Source: Limnovirga soli
GTDB lineage: Bacteria > Bacteroidota > Bacteroidia > Chitinophagales > Chitinophagaceae
Direction of reading: 5' to 3'
Length of the DNA: 64,000 nt
Assembly: GCF_013106755.1 (NCBI RefSeq)
Contig: NZ_WHPF01000010.1
Location: forward strand, 162,335-226,334
The translations under genes and the position numbers were made by a program. A model generated the notes under the pieces. That model was not told the origin of the DNA, did not search any database, and worked only from the letters and a program-made list of their open reading frames with translations. Shown in pieces: positions 48,790 to 59,644 of the stretch (positions are counted from its first letter, which is position 1; each line of letters opens with the position of its first letter).

Positions 48790-49275
48790 CTACATCACGT
48801 TTTCCGGACTAACCAGGTAATTGCGCAAGGTTAGTCTGGCCCTGTGCAGATATACTTTCACCTGTGCCGCATTTAAGCCGGTAATTTGTCCAATTTCTTC
48901 ATAACTATATCCTTCATAGTCTTTTAACATTACCAGGCTCTTCTGCACCTCATTTAATCTGTTTAGTGCTTCCTGCAGCGATTGCCTTAGGTTGGTTACC
49001 GGTTGACGGGTGCTTCTCCCATCTTCCTTTAATTCATCCGTTAATTGCACCCTCTTGCTTTTTCTCAAATGATCTATCATCTGGTTATAGGCCACCGTAA
49101 ACAGGTAAGATTTGCATTTTGCATATTCCACCATATCCCGGTTGCGCCAGAGTTTTTCAAACGCTGTTTGAACAATATCCTTCGCATCATCCTCATGCCG
49201 TAAATTCTTTACGATGAAGCGAAACACGTTGTCAGCGTATTGATTCACACATTGGTTATATTCCCTTTCCGTCAT
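48790..49275 (-). CDS. ECF-subfamily RNA polymerase sigma-70 factor
   Basis: Region 2 (FEKLWRNRDMVEY...YLFTVAYNQMIDHLR) and region 4 (SLVMLKDYEGYSYEEIGQITGLNAAQVKVYLHRAR). The ATG at 49275 is preferred. Confidence 0.88.
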   Translation of the reverse strand: MTEREYNQCVNQYADNVFRFIVKNLRHEDDAKDIVQTAFEKLWRNRDMVEYAKCKSYLFTVAYNQMIDHLRKSKRVQLTDELKEDGRSTRQPVTNLRQSLQEALNRLNEVQKSLVMLKDYEGYSYEEIGQITGLNAAQVKVYLHRARLTLRNYLVSPENVM

Positions 49276-49400
49276 AAGCTGTATTTCTTGGTCTGTGCAT
49301 TGAAAGTACACCTGTTATACGTTGCAGCATTTTTAAAGTTACAGGGTAGGCAAAATATTTCTACAATTGGCCTTATTCATTTTTATACCTCTTTTATTAG

Positions 49401-49449
49401 CCCTGCAATATCATTTCATAGCATCGCCGCTTGCGTCGCACTCTTGTAC
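49401..49449 (+). repeat. Family-1 element (degenerate box GCCCTGCAATAT; core 49431-49449)
   Basis: Direct read. Confidence 0.8.
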
Positions 49450-49625
49450 TTATGGGGCAATGGTCGGCAAGGCAATGCTATAGCTATTAAAAAAGGGGCA
49501 ATAAACTACAAATCTGGTCTGTTTTTGCCTTTTTAGCCCCAAAATCATCATTCTTTAACGGCAATACTGGCATTACTTAAAAAAAAAATAACTAAACCAG
49601 CAATTGCAAACTTTGAAATACCTAA

Positions 49626-51167
<1,542 letters not shown>

Positions 51168-51222
51168 TACCCCTTTGCAGCTAAACAAATTTCTTTTCAT
51201 CCACCTGAAAATGTATATATAA

Positions 51223-51471
51223 ATGACTTTAGAAATATTAACACCAGAAAAAAAAGTATACAGCGGCAATGTTTATGGCGTTCAATTACCCGGTATTACC
51301 GGTTTATTTGAAGTGCTTGATAAACATGCGCCAATGGTAACTGCACTTACAAAAGGCAATCTTAAAATTCTGGTTGATAAAAGCACAGTTGAAAATTATA
51401 CTATACAGGCTGGGTTTGTTGAAATTTTAAACAATAAAGCCACTGTACTGGTAGAAGGTGCTACTATATAG
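51223..51471 (+). CDS. atpC: F0F1 ATP synthase subunit epsilon
   Basis: 82 aa beginning LEILTPEKKVYSGNVYGVQLPGITGLFEVL. Sits immediately downstream of atpD and is followed by a strong terminator. Confidence 0.85.
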   Translation: MTLEILTPEKKVYSGNVYGVQLPGITGLFEVLDKHAPMVTALTKGNLKILVDKSTVENYTIQAGFVEILNNKATVLVEGATI

Positions 51472-51494
51472 CTATCTTTATAATATCGTTCAAA

Positions 51495-51522
51495 AGCAGG
51501 TGTTGTACACCTGCTTTTTTTA
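51495..51522 (+). terminator. Rho-independent terminator after atpC
   Basis: Stem AGCAGGTG / CACCTGCT with loop TTGTA, followed by TTTTTTT. Confidence 0.8.
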
Positions 51523-51564
51523 TGTAGTTATGTGTGGACTTTTATAAATGTAACTTTTTTATGA

Positions 51565-51780
51565 GCCAGGCTAATGGCCTGCAAACCAGGCTTTACTTGC
51601 GTCGCACTCTTGTACGGCAGCAAATGGGGCAACAAAGATTTTACCCACTGTTTATGGCTTTACAAATGGATTGGCACCTGTATTTGAAATAATCAATACC
51701 CAAAAAAAAACTGCTGCCTGTGGGTATAAACGTACAAGTGAGTGACACAACGGATGCATCATGCTTATTCTACAGCCGGC
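51565..51780. repeat. Family-1 full composite (forward core 51597-51615; variant reverse core 51732-51751; box CTACAGCCGGC 51770-51780) between the atpC terminator and the ruvB stop
   Basis: Direct read. Confidence 0.8.
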
Positions 51781-51789
51781 TACCCACAA

Positions 51790-52824
51790 CTAACTAAACA
51801 AAGTGCCTGCAGCCAAATTATTACCCGGCTTTTTGCCTAAATGTTCATAAGCCTTAATGGTGGCTTCGCGGCCACGGGGGGTTCTTTGCAAAAAGCCTTC
51901 CTGTATTAAAAATGGCTCATATACTTCTTCCAATGTGCCAGGTTCTTCGCCAACAGCGGTGGCAATGGTGGTTAAACCCACCGGCCCGCCCTTAAATTTC
52001 TCTATAATGGCAGAAAGAATGCGGTTATCCATTTCATCCAAACCATGCTCATCCACATTTAAAGCACGCAGGGCATGTTGGGTAATGCCAAGGTCAATTT
52101 GGCCGTCATTAAGTACTTGAGCAAAATCCCGTACCCTGCGTAACAGTCCATTGGCAATACGTGGTGTACCACGGCTGCGGCGGGCAATTTCACCAGCCGC
52201 ATCAGAGCTAATAGGTGTTTGAAAAATGGCTGCACTACGCTGGATAATTTTTTTAAGTACATCGGCTGTATAATATTCCAACCTTGATTTAATACCAAAA
52301 CGGGATAATAAGGGTGCAGTTAATAAACCACTGCGTGTAGTAGCGCCAATTAGCGTAAAGGGATTTAAATTTATTTGTATACTGCGGGCATTGGGGCCGC
52401 TATCAATCATGATATCTATACGGTAATCTTCCATGGCCGCATACAGATATTCTTCCACAACGGTGCTAAGCCGGTGAATTTCATCAATAAACAAAACATC
52501 GTTGGGCTGCAGATTTGTAAGTAAACCTGCCAGGTCGCCCGGTTTTTCAATTACCGGACCACTGGTTTCTTTTATTGTTACCCCCAGTTCATTAGCCACA
52601 ATACGGGATAAAGTAGTTTTACCCAAACCCGGCGGACCATGAAACAACACATGATCCAGTGCTTCACCACGAATTTTAGCCGCCTTAATAAATATGAGCA
52701 GGTTTTCTACCAGCTGCGGCTGGCCTGAAAAATCATCCAGCTCCTGTGGACGGATGGCATTCTCAAATTCCTTTTCGGCAGAAGTGAGTTCAGATTTCTC
52801 GGTATGTAAATTGGGATTACTCAT
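51790..52824 (-). CDS. ruvB: Holliday junction branch-migration helicase
   Basis: AAA+ Walker [16 protein letters not shown], and overall RuvB sequence. Confidence 0.97.
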   Translation of the reverse strand: MSNPNLHTEKSELTSAEKEFENAIRPQELDDFSGQPQLVENLLIFIKAAKIRGEALDHVLFHGPPGLGKTTLSRIVANELGVTIKETSGPVIEKPGDLAGLLTNLQPNDVLFIDEIHRLSTVVEEYLYAAMEDYRIDIMIDSGPNARSIQINLNPFTLIGATTRSGLLTAPLLSRFGIKSRLEYYTADVLKKIIQRSAAIFQTPISSDAAGEIARRSRGTPRIANGLLRRVRDFAQVLNDGQIDLGITQHALRALNVDEHGLDEMDNRILSAIIEKFKGGPVGLTTIATAVGEEPGTLEEVYEPFLIQEGFLQRTPRGREATIKAYEHLGKKPGNNLAAGTLFS

Positions 52825-52879
52825 GATAGATTACAATTCTGCGCTTTATTAGCTAAAGATATAGCAGCAATGACACTGA

Positions 52880-53323
52880 TTACTTTTTAATTAATATAAT
52901 TCCAGCTACAATCAATGCAGCACCGGCCAATTTTTCGAGGGTAATTGTTTTTACCGCCGAGCCAAATAAACCGTAATGATCTATAAGTAAGGAAATAAAT
53001 ATTTGTCCGCTTACCACCAGCGCAAAGGTAAGCGCCACGCCTTGTTCCTGATTAACCCAGGTAATAAAGCCCACGAAAATAGCCCCAATTACACCTCCCA
53101 TCCATAAATACCATGGGCCGGTGGCAGTAGGCTTTAACTGCATTAAAGCTGTACTATTGGTGCCCAGATTTAGCAGGGTAAGGCATATCATGCCAACACC
53201 AAAACTCATTAGCGAACCCATAAGCGGCCCGCCTACCTGCCTGCCCAGCCGGGTATTTAATACTGCCTGTACAGGTATAATTGTACCCACAAAAAAGGTA
53301 AGCACCATCAATATGTATTTCAT
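52880..53323 (-). CDS. DMT-family small membrane transporter (YdcZ/DUF606-like)
   Basis: 147 aa with 4-5 TM helices; N-terminus MKYILMVLTFFVGTIIPVQAVLNTRLG. Confidence 0.65.
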   Translation of the reverse strand: MKYILMVLTFFVGTIIPVQAVLNTRLGRQVGGPLMGSLMSFGVGMICLTLLNLGTNSTALMQLKPTATGPWYLWMGGVIGAIFVGFITWVNQEQGVALTFALVVSGQIFISLLIDHYGLFGSAVKTITLEKLAGAALIVAGIILIKK

Positions 53324-53357
53324 GCCTTATTTTTTGGAAAGTTAAAAAAATAAAAAT

Positions 53358-53373
53358 ATTTGTATATACAAAT
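53358..53373. promoter_or_regulatory. 16-bp perfect palindrome ATTTGTATATACAAAT in the divergent promoter region between the DMT transporter gene (52880-53323) and marR; candidate MarR operator
   Basis: Perfect inverted repeat. An identical copy lies at 53869-53884. Confidence 0.5.
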
Positions 53374-53426
53374 AAAAACATTCTATCTTTGACATCTCAA
53401 AAAAACAAAAGCACCTGGTGCTATTA

Positions 53427-53849
53427 ATGAAAACCTCAGAAAGCAGATATTGTAAGTGTATGTATTTTTCAGCCAATGCTCTGGCCCGAAAAATAGAAAA
53501 ACTCGCAGTTGACAGCTGGAAGATGATTGATTTATCGCCCAGCCACGCTTATTTACTGATGGCCGTTATTAGTGAACCGGGTATACAGCCAGGCGGACTG
53601 GCAGATGAGCTACAACTTACACCCAGCACCATTACCCGGCTTATTGAAAAACTGGAAGAAAAAAAATTAGTGGTACGTACCACAGATGGTAAACTTACCA
53701 ATGTGTACCCAACACCAAAAGCAAAAGAGCTGCAACCAAAAATGAAAGAATGCTCAGCCAGATTTTACGAAAACTATGCCGGCATATTGGGCAGGGAAGA
53801 AAGTTATAAGCTGGTAGAAAGCATTAACAAACTGGCAGATAAACTATAA
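53427..53849 (+). CDS. MarR-family transcriptional regulator
   Basis: Winged-helix core LSPSHAYLLMAVISEPGIQPGGLADELQLTPSTITRLIEKLEEKKLVVR. First ATG at 53427 (the track start at 53418 is GTG). Confidence 0.85.
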   Translation: MKTSESRYCKCMYFSANALARKIEKLAVDSWKMIDLSPSHAYLLMAVISEPGIQPGGLADELQLTPSTITRLIEKLEEKKLVVRTTDGKLTNVYPTPKAKELQPKMKECSARFYENYAGILGREESYKLVESINKLADKL

Positions 53850-53868
53850 TATATTTTTTTAACACAAC

Positions 53869-53884
53869 ATTTGTATATACAAAT
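53869..53884. promoter_or_regulatory. Second copy of the ATTTGTATATACAAAT palindrome, 59 bp upstream of the NmrA-like gene; candidate MarR operator
   Basis: Identical 16-mer to the copy at 53358-53373. Confidence 0.5.
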
Positions 53885-53942
53885 ATAATTCCTCTAAAAG
53901 AGCAATAGTTAAAAACAATTTTCCACATATAAATTAAACACA

Positions 53943-54824
53943 ATGAAATTCGTCATCACAGGTTCTTTGGGCAACATTAGCAAACCACTTTCACTAGCCC
54001 TTATCAATGCAGGTCACCAGGTTACTATCGTAACGTCAAAATCAGCTAATGCTGCTGCCATTGAAGCATTGGGCGCTACAGCTGCTGTAGGTTCAGTGGA
54101 AGATGTAGATTTTTTAACTGCCACTTTTAGCGGTGCAGATGCAGTGTACACCATGATTCCGCCAAAATGGGATGCTGCAGACTGGAAAGCCTATATAGGC
54201 GGTATCGGTGCCAATTATACAGCAGCTATAGCCGCATCAGGGGTAAAAAAAGTGGTTAACCTAAGTAGCATAGGTGCCCACTTACCCGAAGGCTGTGGCC
54301 CGGTAACAGGTTTATATCGTGCTGAGCAGTCGCTAAACACCCTTACAGATGTGGCCATCAGGCACCTGCGCCCTGCTTATTTTTTTACCAATCTTTTTGC
54401 CAATATTGGTTTAATAAAACACCTCAATGTTATCGGCAGTAATTTTGGCGAGCAACCCATTGCGCTAGTACATCCTACAGATATTGCCGCTGTTGCAGCC
54501 GAAGAATTACTTTCCCTTTCCTTTACCGGACATAGTGTAAATTATATTGTTGGCGATGAAAGAACCGGCAACGAAATTGCCTCTGTATTGGGTACAGCTA
54601 TTGGCCAGCCCGATTTACCATGGGTTGTTTTCTCAGATGAACAATCACTGCAAGGTGCCATTGGTGCAGGACTTTCTCACGAAGTAGCCAGTAACTATAC
54701 CGAAATGGGTACTGCCATGCGTTCAGGCGCTATGAGCGAAGATTTTCTACAAAACCGCAATGCATTAACCAGCACCAAACTCGAGGACTTTGCACCTGCT
54801 TTTGCCGCCGCATTTCATGCATAG
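53943..54824 (+). CDS. NmrA-like / NAD(P)H-binding atypical SDR
   Basis: MKFVITGSLGNISKPLSLALINAGHQVTIVT Rossmann fold lacking the classical catalytic YxxxK tetrad. Confidence 0.75.
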   Translation: MKFVITGSLGNISKPLSLALINAGHQVTIVTSKSANAAAIEALGATAAVGSVEDVDFLTATFSGADAVYTMIPPKWDAADWKAYIGGIGANYTAAIAASGVKKVVNLSSIGAHLPEGCGPVTGLYRAEQSLNTLTDVAIRHLRPAYFFTNLFANIGLIKHLNVIGSNFGEQPIALVHPTDIAAVAAEELLSLSFTGHSVNYIVGDERTGNEIASVLGTAIGQPDLPWVVFSDEQSLQGAIGAGLSHEVASNYTEMGTAMRSGAMSEDFLQNRNALTSTKLEDFAPAFAAAFHA

Positions 54825-54840
54825 CAAAACAATATTATAT

Positions 54841-54889
54841 GCCCGGCTGTAGTACAGTCATGCAGCATCCTTGCGTCGCACACTTGTAC
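54841..54889 (+). repeat. Family-1 element (GCCCGGCTGTAG ... TTGCGTCGCACACTTGTAC) between the NmrA-like and MDR genes
   Basis: Direct read. Confidence 0.85.
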
Positions 54890-54933
54890 TGCACCAAATA
54901 AATGCAGCAAAAACAACAATAAGCAGCAACACA

Positions 54934-55854
54934 ATGAAAGCAATTGTTTTAACTGAAAAAGGTTCGTTTGATAATGTAGTAGTTTCAGAAATAGAAAAAC
55001 CCATTATTGGCGATCATGAAATATTGGTAAAAATCCAGTCGGCCGGCGTTAACCCGGTCGACTGGAAAGCTGCCCTAAACGGGTACTTCCCTACCCCATT
55101 AATATTGGGCAGTGATATTGCCGGCACCATAGAAGCCGTTGGAAAAGCCGTTGCCACCTACACCGTTGGAGATGAAATTATTGGCTCGTTAGACTGGAGC
55201 AAACAAAGTGCTTTTGCAGAATATGTTGCCACCAGGGAAAAGTACATTACCCGTAAGCCAAACAATATATCATTAACAGATGCGGCGGCTATTCCGTTGG
55301 CGGCACTAACCGCCTGGCAAGCGCTGTTTGATCATGCGGATATACAACCTGGTCAAAGAATTGTAATACATGCAGCCGCAGGTGGTGTTGGCTTATTTGC
55401 ACTACAATTTGCCAAATGGAAAGGTGCCCATGTAATTGCAACAGCATCGTCCCGCAATAGTGCTTTTTTACTGGCACTTGGTGCAGATGAAGTAATAGAT
55501 TACACACTGTACCCGCTTTCACAAAAAGTAAAAAATGTTGATGCTGTGTTAGACAGTATTGCCACTCCTGAAGTTCAGCTGGAATCTTTTAAAGCCTTAA
55601 AACAGGGAGGCAAATATGTGTCTATTACCGCACCACCAAGAGAAGAATTACTAAAAGATTTTAATATCAGTGCAGTAAGGTTTCTTTTCCATTCAAATCC
55701 TGTACAACTGTCGCAAATTGTTGCCTTACTGGAGCAGGGTATTGTACAACTATTTATTGAAAAAAGGTTTCCCCTAAAAGAAGCCAAAGAAGCACTGGCT
55801 TATGTGCACAAGGGAAGAACAAGAGGTAAAGTAGTTCTGGTAAATGAAGGGTAA
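54934..55854 (+). CDS. Zinc-type/quinone-oxidoreductase-like medium-chain dehydrogenase/reductase (MDR)
   Basis: GroES-like N-domain (EILVKIQSAGVNPVDWK) and a Rossmann motif AAAGGVGLFALQFAK. ATG at 54934 is preferred; the track extension covers a repeat element. Confidence 0.85.
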   Translation: MKAIVLTEKGSFDNVVVSEIEKPIIGDHEILVKIQSAGVNPVDWKAALNGYFPTPLILGSDIAGTIEAVGKAVATYTVGDEIIGSLDWSKQSAFAEYVATREKYITRKPNNISLTDAAAIPLAALTAWQALFDHADIQPGQRIVIHAAAGGVGLFALQFAKWKGAHVIATASSRNSAFLLALGADEVIDYTLYPLSQKVKNVDAVLDSIATPEVQLESFKALKQGGKYVSITAPPREELLKDFNISAVRFLFHSNPVQLSQIVALLEQGIVQLFIEKRFPLKEAKEALAYVHKGRTRGKVVLVNEG

Positions 55855-55910
55855 GCACAGGCATAATTGCAGTAATAAACTCACGCATTCTTTGCTTAGC
55901 TATTGATGCA

Positions 55911-55970
55911 GTACAAGTGTGCGACGCAAGTATGCCCAATAGTACTGCCTTAGCCCGGCTAATAATTTTA
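55911..55970 (-). repeat. Family-1 element (core 55911-55930; GCCCGGC 55963-55969) between the MDR gene and the F420-type reductase gene
   Basis: Direct read. Confidence 0.85.
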
Positions 55971-55998
55971 TAACACCAAATAACAAAAACACTTACTT

Positions 55999-56646
55999 AT
56001 GAAAATTGGAATTATTGGCTCCGGAATTGTGGGCCAAACACTAGCAAAGGCGTTTTCCAGCGAAGGCCATACCGTAATGCTGGGCACCCGCAATATTGCA
56101 AAGAAGGAAGTGGTTGATTTTAATATGGCCAACCCACAAATAGCCATTGGCGATTTTGCTACAACGGCAGCCTTTGGCGAAGTGCTGGTACTGGCAACAG
56201 GCGGTGCCGTAACACTGGAAGCCATTACATTGTCAGGCACAGTAAATTTTGCCAACAAAGTGGTAATAGATACTACCAATCCCATAGCAGCTGCACCGCC
56301 TGTAGATGGCGTATTGCAATACTTTACAGGCCCCAATGAATCGTTGATGGAACGCATTCAACAACATATTCCCGATGCATGGGTAGTAAAAGCATTTAAC
56401 AGCGTAGGCAATGCCGCATTTTATAAACCAGCTTTTACTGAAGGCACACCCACCATGTTTATAGCAGGCAATAGCGATACTGCAAAAGCAACCGTTACAA
56501 CCATACTTGCAGCATTTGGATGGGATACGGCAGACATGGGCAAAGCTGCCGCTGCAAGGGCCATAGAACCATTGTGTATGCTCTGGTGTATTGATGGATT
56601 TGTAAAAAACGACTGGTATCACGCATTTAAAATATTACGTAAATAA
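55999..56646 (+). CDS. NADP-dependent oxidoreductase of the F420-dependent-reductase-like (NADP_oxidored/ProC-like) fold
   Basis: MKIGIIGSGIVGQTLAKAFSSEGHTVMLGTRN dinucleotide-binding N-terminus. Confidence 0.65.
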   Translation: MKIGIIGSGIVGQTLAKAFSSEGHTVMLGTRNIAKKEVVDFNMANPQIAIGDFATTAAFGEVLVLATGGAVTLEAITLSGTVNFANKVVIDTTNPIAAAPPVDGVLQYFTGPNESLMERIQQHIPDAWVVKAFNSVGNAAFYKPAFTEGTPTMFIAGNSDTAKATVTTILAAFGWDTADMGKAAAARAIEPLCMLWCIDGFVKNDWYHAFKILRK

Positions 56647-56663
56647 AAAATAAAATAACACAT

Positions 56664-57401
56664 ATGTCAACAAAAATTGCACTGGTAACAGGTGCCAATA
56701 AAGGAATAGGTTTAGCCACTGCAGAGCAACTGGCACAGGCAGGCGTAAAGGTTTTTGCAGCATCAAGAAATGAAGCAAAAGGCAAGGCAGCTGTAGCCAC
56801 TTTATCAGAAAAGGGATTGGATGTAACCTATATAAAACTGGATGTAAACAGTCAGGCAGATATTGATGCAGTATATGAATTTTTCAACAGCAATTATGGC
56901 AGGTTGGATATACTGGTAAACAATGCCGGCATTCAAATAGAAAGCGATAATTGGGGCGAAAACACAGCTACCGATATTTCTGCACCAGCTCTACGCGAAA
57001 CCTTCGACACCAATTTTTTTAGTGTGGTAAGCCTTACCAATACCTTGCTGCCCTTACTTAAAAAAAGCAGTGCCGGCCGCATAGTAAACCTTAGCAGCAT
57101 TTTAGGTTCATTGCATTTGCATGCTACACCGGGTTCGCCCATTTATGATTCAAAACTATTTGCCTATAATGCCTCTAAAACTGCATTAAATGCTTATACC
57201 ATACACCTGGCACACGCCCTAAAAAATACCAATATACAGGTAAATGCAGCGCATCCGGGTTGGGTAAAAACTGATCTTGGCAGCAATGCGGCACCTATGA
57301 GTATTGCAGACGGTGCTAAAACATCTGTAGCGTTGGCCCTTGCCGGCGAAGAAGGCAGCACTGGTAAATACATTCACCTGGGCGCTGAATTACCCTGGTA
57401 A
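56664..57401 (+). CDS. Short-chain dehydrogenase/reductase (classical SDR)
   Basis: TGANKGIGLATA cofactor motif, NNAG motif, and catalytic Y-x-x-x-K (YNASK). Confidence 0.9.
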   Translation: MSTKIALVTGANKGIGLATAEQLAQAGVKVFAASRNEAKGKAAVATLSEKGLDVTYIKLDVNSQADIDAVYEFFNSNYGRLDILVNNAGIQIESDNWGENTATDISAPALRETFDTNFFSVVSLTNTLLPLLKKSSAGRIVNLSSILGSLHLHATPGSPIYDSKLFAYNASKTALNAYTIHLAHALKNTNIQVNAAHPGWVKTDLGSNAAPMSIADGAKTSVALALAGEEGSTGKYIHLGAELPW

Positions 57402-57449
57402 TAACCAAACAATTTGTAAGTTTTTCTGTAATACAACGTAGTAATAAAT

Positions 57450-58082
57450 ATGAACACAATTATTGCAAACCCAACAGATACAAGAAATAGAATTGATGTT
57501 GCCTATATCAATAAAAGCATCGATTACGAAGAATACAGAAGATTAATAGACGCATTAATTATGGTAGGCCGTTCAACTGCCACGCACGAATCAGAAAGCT
57601 TGGTGGAATACAGTAAACTGAATGTGGTGCGCATGAAAAGATTAGACAAAACCATAGAATTGATACCGGAAGCAGTAGAATATGTGAAGAGAATATCTGC
57701 GCCGCAAACCTGGATAGTGATTACAGAAGGTTGGTGTGGCGATGCGGCGCAGATTATTCCGGTATTACATCATATGGCAGCAATAAATCCCAACATACGT
57801 TTACGGTTTTTGCTGCGGGATGATAATCTGCCATTAATGGACCAATATTTAACCAATGGCAAAAGTCGCAGTATTCCTATTGTAATTGTGCTTAATCAAA
57901 ACAACGAAGAGTTGTTTCATTTTGGGCCAAGGCCACAGGCGTTGCAGGAGCTTTTTTATCAATTAAAAGCCAATGCCATAGACAATAACAGTATCAAGGA
58001 AGAAATGCATCGCTGGTATGCCAAAGATAAAACGGTAACCACGCAGCAGGAGTTCTTACAACTGTTACTTGAAAATGAATAA
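57450..58082 (+). CDS. Thioredoxin-fold protein (single-Cys WCGD motif), hypothetical
   Basis: WIVITEGWCGDAAQIIPVLH resembles the thioredoxin-like active-site region; the family assignment is uncertain. Confidence 0.5.
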   Translation: MNTIIANPTDTRNRIDVAYINKSIDYEEYRRLIDALIMVGRSTATHESESLVEYSKLNVVRMKRLDKTIELIPEAVEYVKRISAPQTWIVITEGWCGDAAQIIPVLHHMAAINPNIRLRFLLRDDNLPLMDQYLTNGKSRSIPIVIVLNQNNEELFHFGPRPQALQELFYQLKANAIDNNSIKEEMHRWYAKDKTVTTQQEFLQLLLENE

Positions 58083-58088
58083 ATAATA

Positions 58089-58123
58089 AAAGAGCATTGA
58101 TTTTTTCAATGCTCTTTTTATAT
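58089..58123 (+). terminator. Rho-independent terminator after the thioredoxin-like gene
   Basis: Perfect 12-bp stem AAAGAGCATTGA / TCAATGCTCTTT, loop TTTTTT, trailing TTTTA. Confidence 0.7.
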
Positions 58124-58172
58124 ACCCGGCAATAGTATTGTTATTAGGCATACTTGCGTCGCACACTTGTAC
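58124..58172 (+). repeat. Family-1 element (ACCCGGCAATAG ... TTGCGTCGCACACTTGTAC) between the thioredoxin-like and AKR genes
   Basis: Direct read. Confidence 0.85.
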
Positions 58173-58281
58173 TGCAACAAAACATGCAGCTATAAACAGC
58201 CGATTGCAGTTTACAACAAACAATACAGTAACAAAGGCAATCTTTTTAATAGCGTAAGTTTGCAACAATAAAAACACAACT

Positions 58282-59301
58282 ATGAAATATAAATTATTAG
58301 GCAGGTCGGGATTAAAAGTTTCTGAACTATGCTTAGGCACCATGGGCTTTGGCACCGAGGCCGGATGGGGCGCCACCAAAGAACAAAGCTTCGAAATAAT
58401 GGAAGCATATGCCAATGCGGGTGGTAATTTTTTAGACACTGCCAACATTTACAAGCTGGGCACCAGTGAAAAAATTATTGGTGAATTTATGCACCCCCGT
58501 GACCGTGATTATTTTGTACTGGCCACCAAGTACTCGCTACTGGATAATAAAACCAATCCCAATGCCAGTGGCAATAACAGAAAAAATATGATGCGCAGTG
58601 TGGAGCAAAGTCTGCAACGCCTGCAAACAGATTTTATTGATGTACTATACCTGCACATTTGGGATAACCTTACACCCATTGACGAAGTGTTGCGTGGCCT
58701 TGATGATTTGGTACGCAATGGCATGGTAAACTATATTGCCATTAGCGATACACCGGCCTGGGTAGTTGCAAAAGGCAATACATTGGCCGAACTAATGGGA
58801 TGGAGCCAGTTTATTGCATTACAGGTAGAATACAGTTTATTACAACGCACACCCGAAAGAGAATTAATACCTATGGCCCAACATTTTGGTATGACACTTA
58901 CCCCATGGGCACCACTGGCAGGCGGTGCATTAACAGGCAAATACCTGCGTGGCGATTTTGGTCGTATTAAAGAAGGCAGTAACCGCTTAAATGAGCGCAG
59001 CCAATCTATTACCAAAGAAGTGGTTGCCATTGCCGAAGAATTGGGTGTACAGGCTTCGCATGTAGCTTTAAAATGGACCATGCAGCAGCCCTTTCAAAGC
59101 ATACCTATTGTGGGTGCCACCAAGTTAAGTCAGCTACAGGAAAACCTAAAAACCATTGATGTAACGCTTACACCCGAACATATGCAGCGCCTTGATGAGG
59201 TAAGTGCTATACCATTGGGTTTTCCGGGAGACTTTTTTAAGGAGGAAGGGGTGCGACTAAATAATTTTGGCGGATTTTATGACAAAATAGAAAAAAGATA
59301 A
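58282..59301 (+). CDS. Aldo/keto reductase
   Basis: N-terminal LGRSGLKVSELCLGTMGFG and the overall AKR barrel pattern (IDVLYLHIWD). Confidence 0.9.
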   Translation: MKYKLLGRSGLKVSELCLGTMGFGTEAGWGATKEQSFEIMEAYANAGGNFLDTANIYKLGTSEKIIGEFMHPRDRDYFVLATKYSLLDNKTNPNASGNNRKNMMRSVEQSLQRLQTDFIDVLYLHIWDNLTPIDEVLRGLDDLVRNGMVNYIAISDTPAWVVAKGNTLAELMGWSQFIALQVEYSLLQRTPERELIPMAQHFGMTLTPWAPLAGGALTGKYLRGDFGRIKEGSNRLNERSQSITKEVVAIAEELGVQASHVALKWTMQQPFQSIPIVGATKLSQLQENLKTIDVTLTPEHMQRLDEVSAIPLGFPGDFFKEEGVRLNNFGGFYDKIEKR

Positions 59302-59321
59302 ATTGTATAATTCGTATAATA

Positions 59322-59351
59322 AAATGCTCCTGATACAGGGGCATTTTTGTT
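59322..59351 (+). terminator. Rho-independent terminator after the aldo/keto reductase gene
   Basis: Stem AATGCTCCTG / CAGGGGCATT (one mismatch), loop ATA, then TTTTTGTTTT. Confidence 0.6.
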
Positions 59352-59514
59352 TTAACCCACTTGTAGAAAGGATAGTAATGGCAAAAAAATACCCGGACTT
59401 TAAAAAAGCCCGGGCGGGTGTACAAAAGGTTAGTAACGGCGTTACTTAAGCAGACCTACAGGGGTTGGGGTTAAAACCAGCACAAATGTAGATATCCCAT
59501 TTTTCCTGTACAAG

Positions 59515-59571
59515 GTGATTTATCACGCATTTTTTCGCGTGATAAATCACACCCTGCGTGATTTATCACGC
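59515..59571. promoter_or_regulatory. Array of three palindromic operators GTGAT-TT-ATCAC / GTGAT-AA-ATCAC / GTGAT-TT-ATCAC (each flanked by GC/GCG), centres about 21-22 bp apart, about 75 bp upstream of the small ORF at 59645; the array is flanked by the inverted repeats GGTTAAAACC (59470-59479) and GGTTTTAACC (59579-59588)
   Basis: Direct read: gtgatttatcacgc at 59515-59528, gcgtgataaatcac at 59537-59550, gtgatttatcacgc at 59558-59571. Confidence 0.5.
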
Positions 59572-59644
59572 GAAAACCGGGTTTTAACCTGATTTGCAGT
59601 GGCTTATATATGCTATCATTTTACTTTCGTGAAAAATATTGGCT

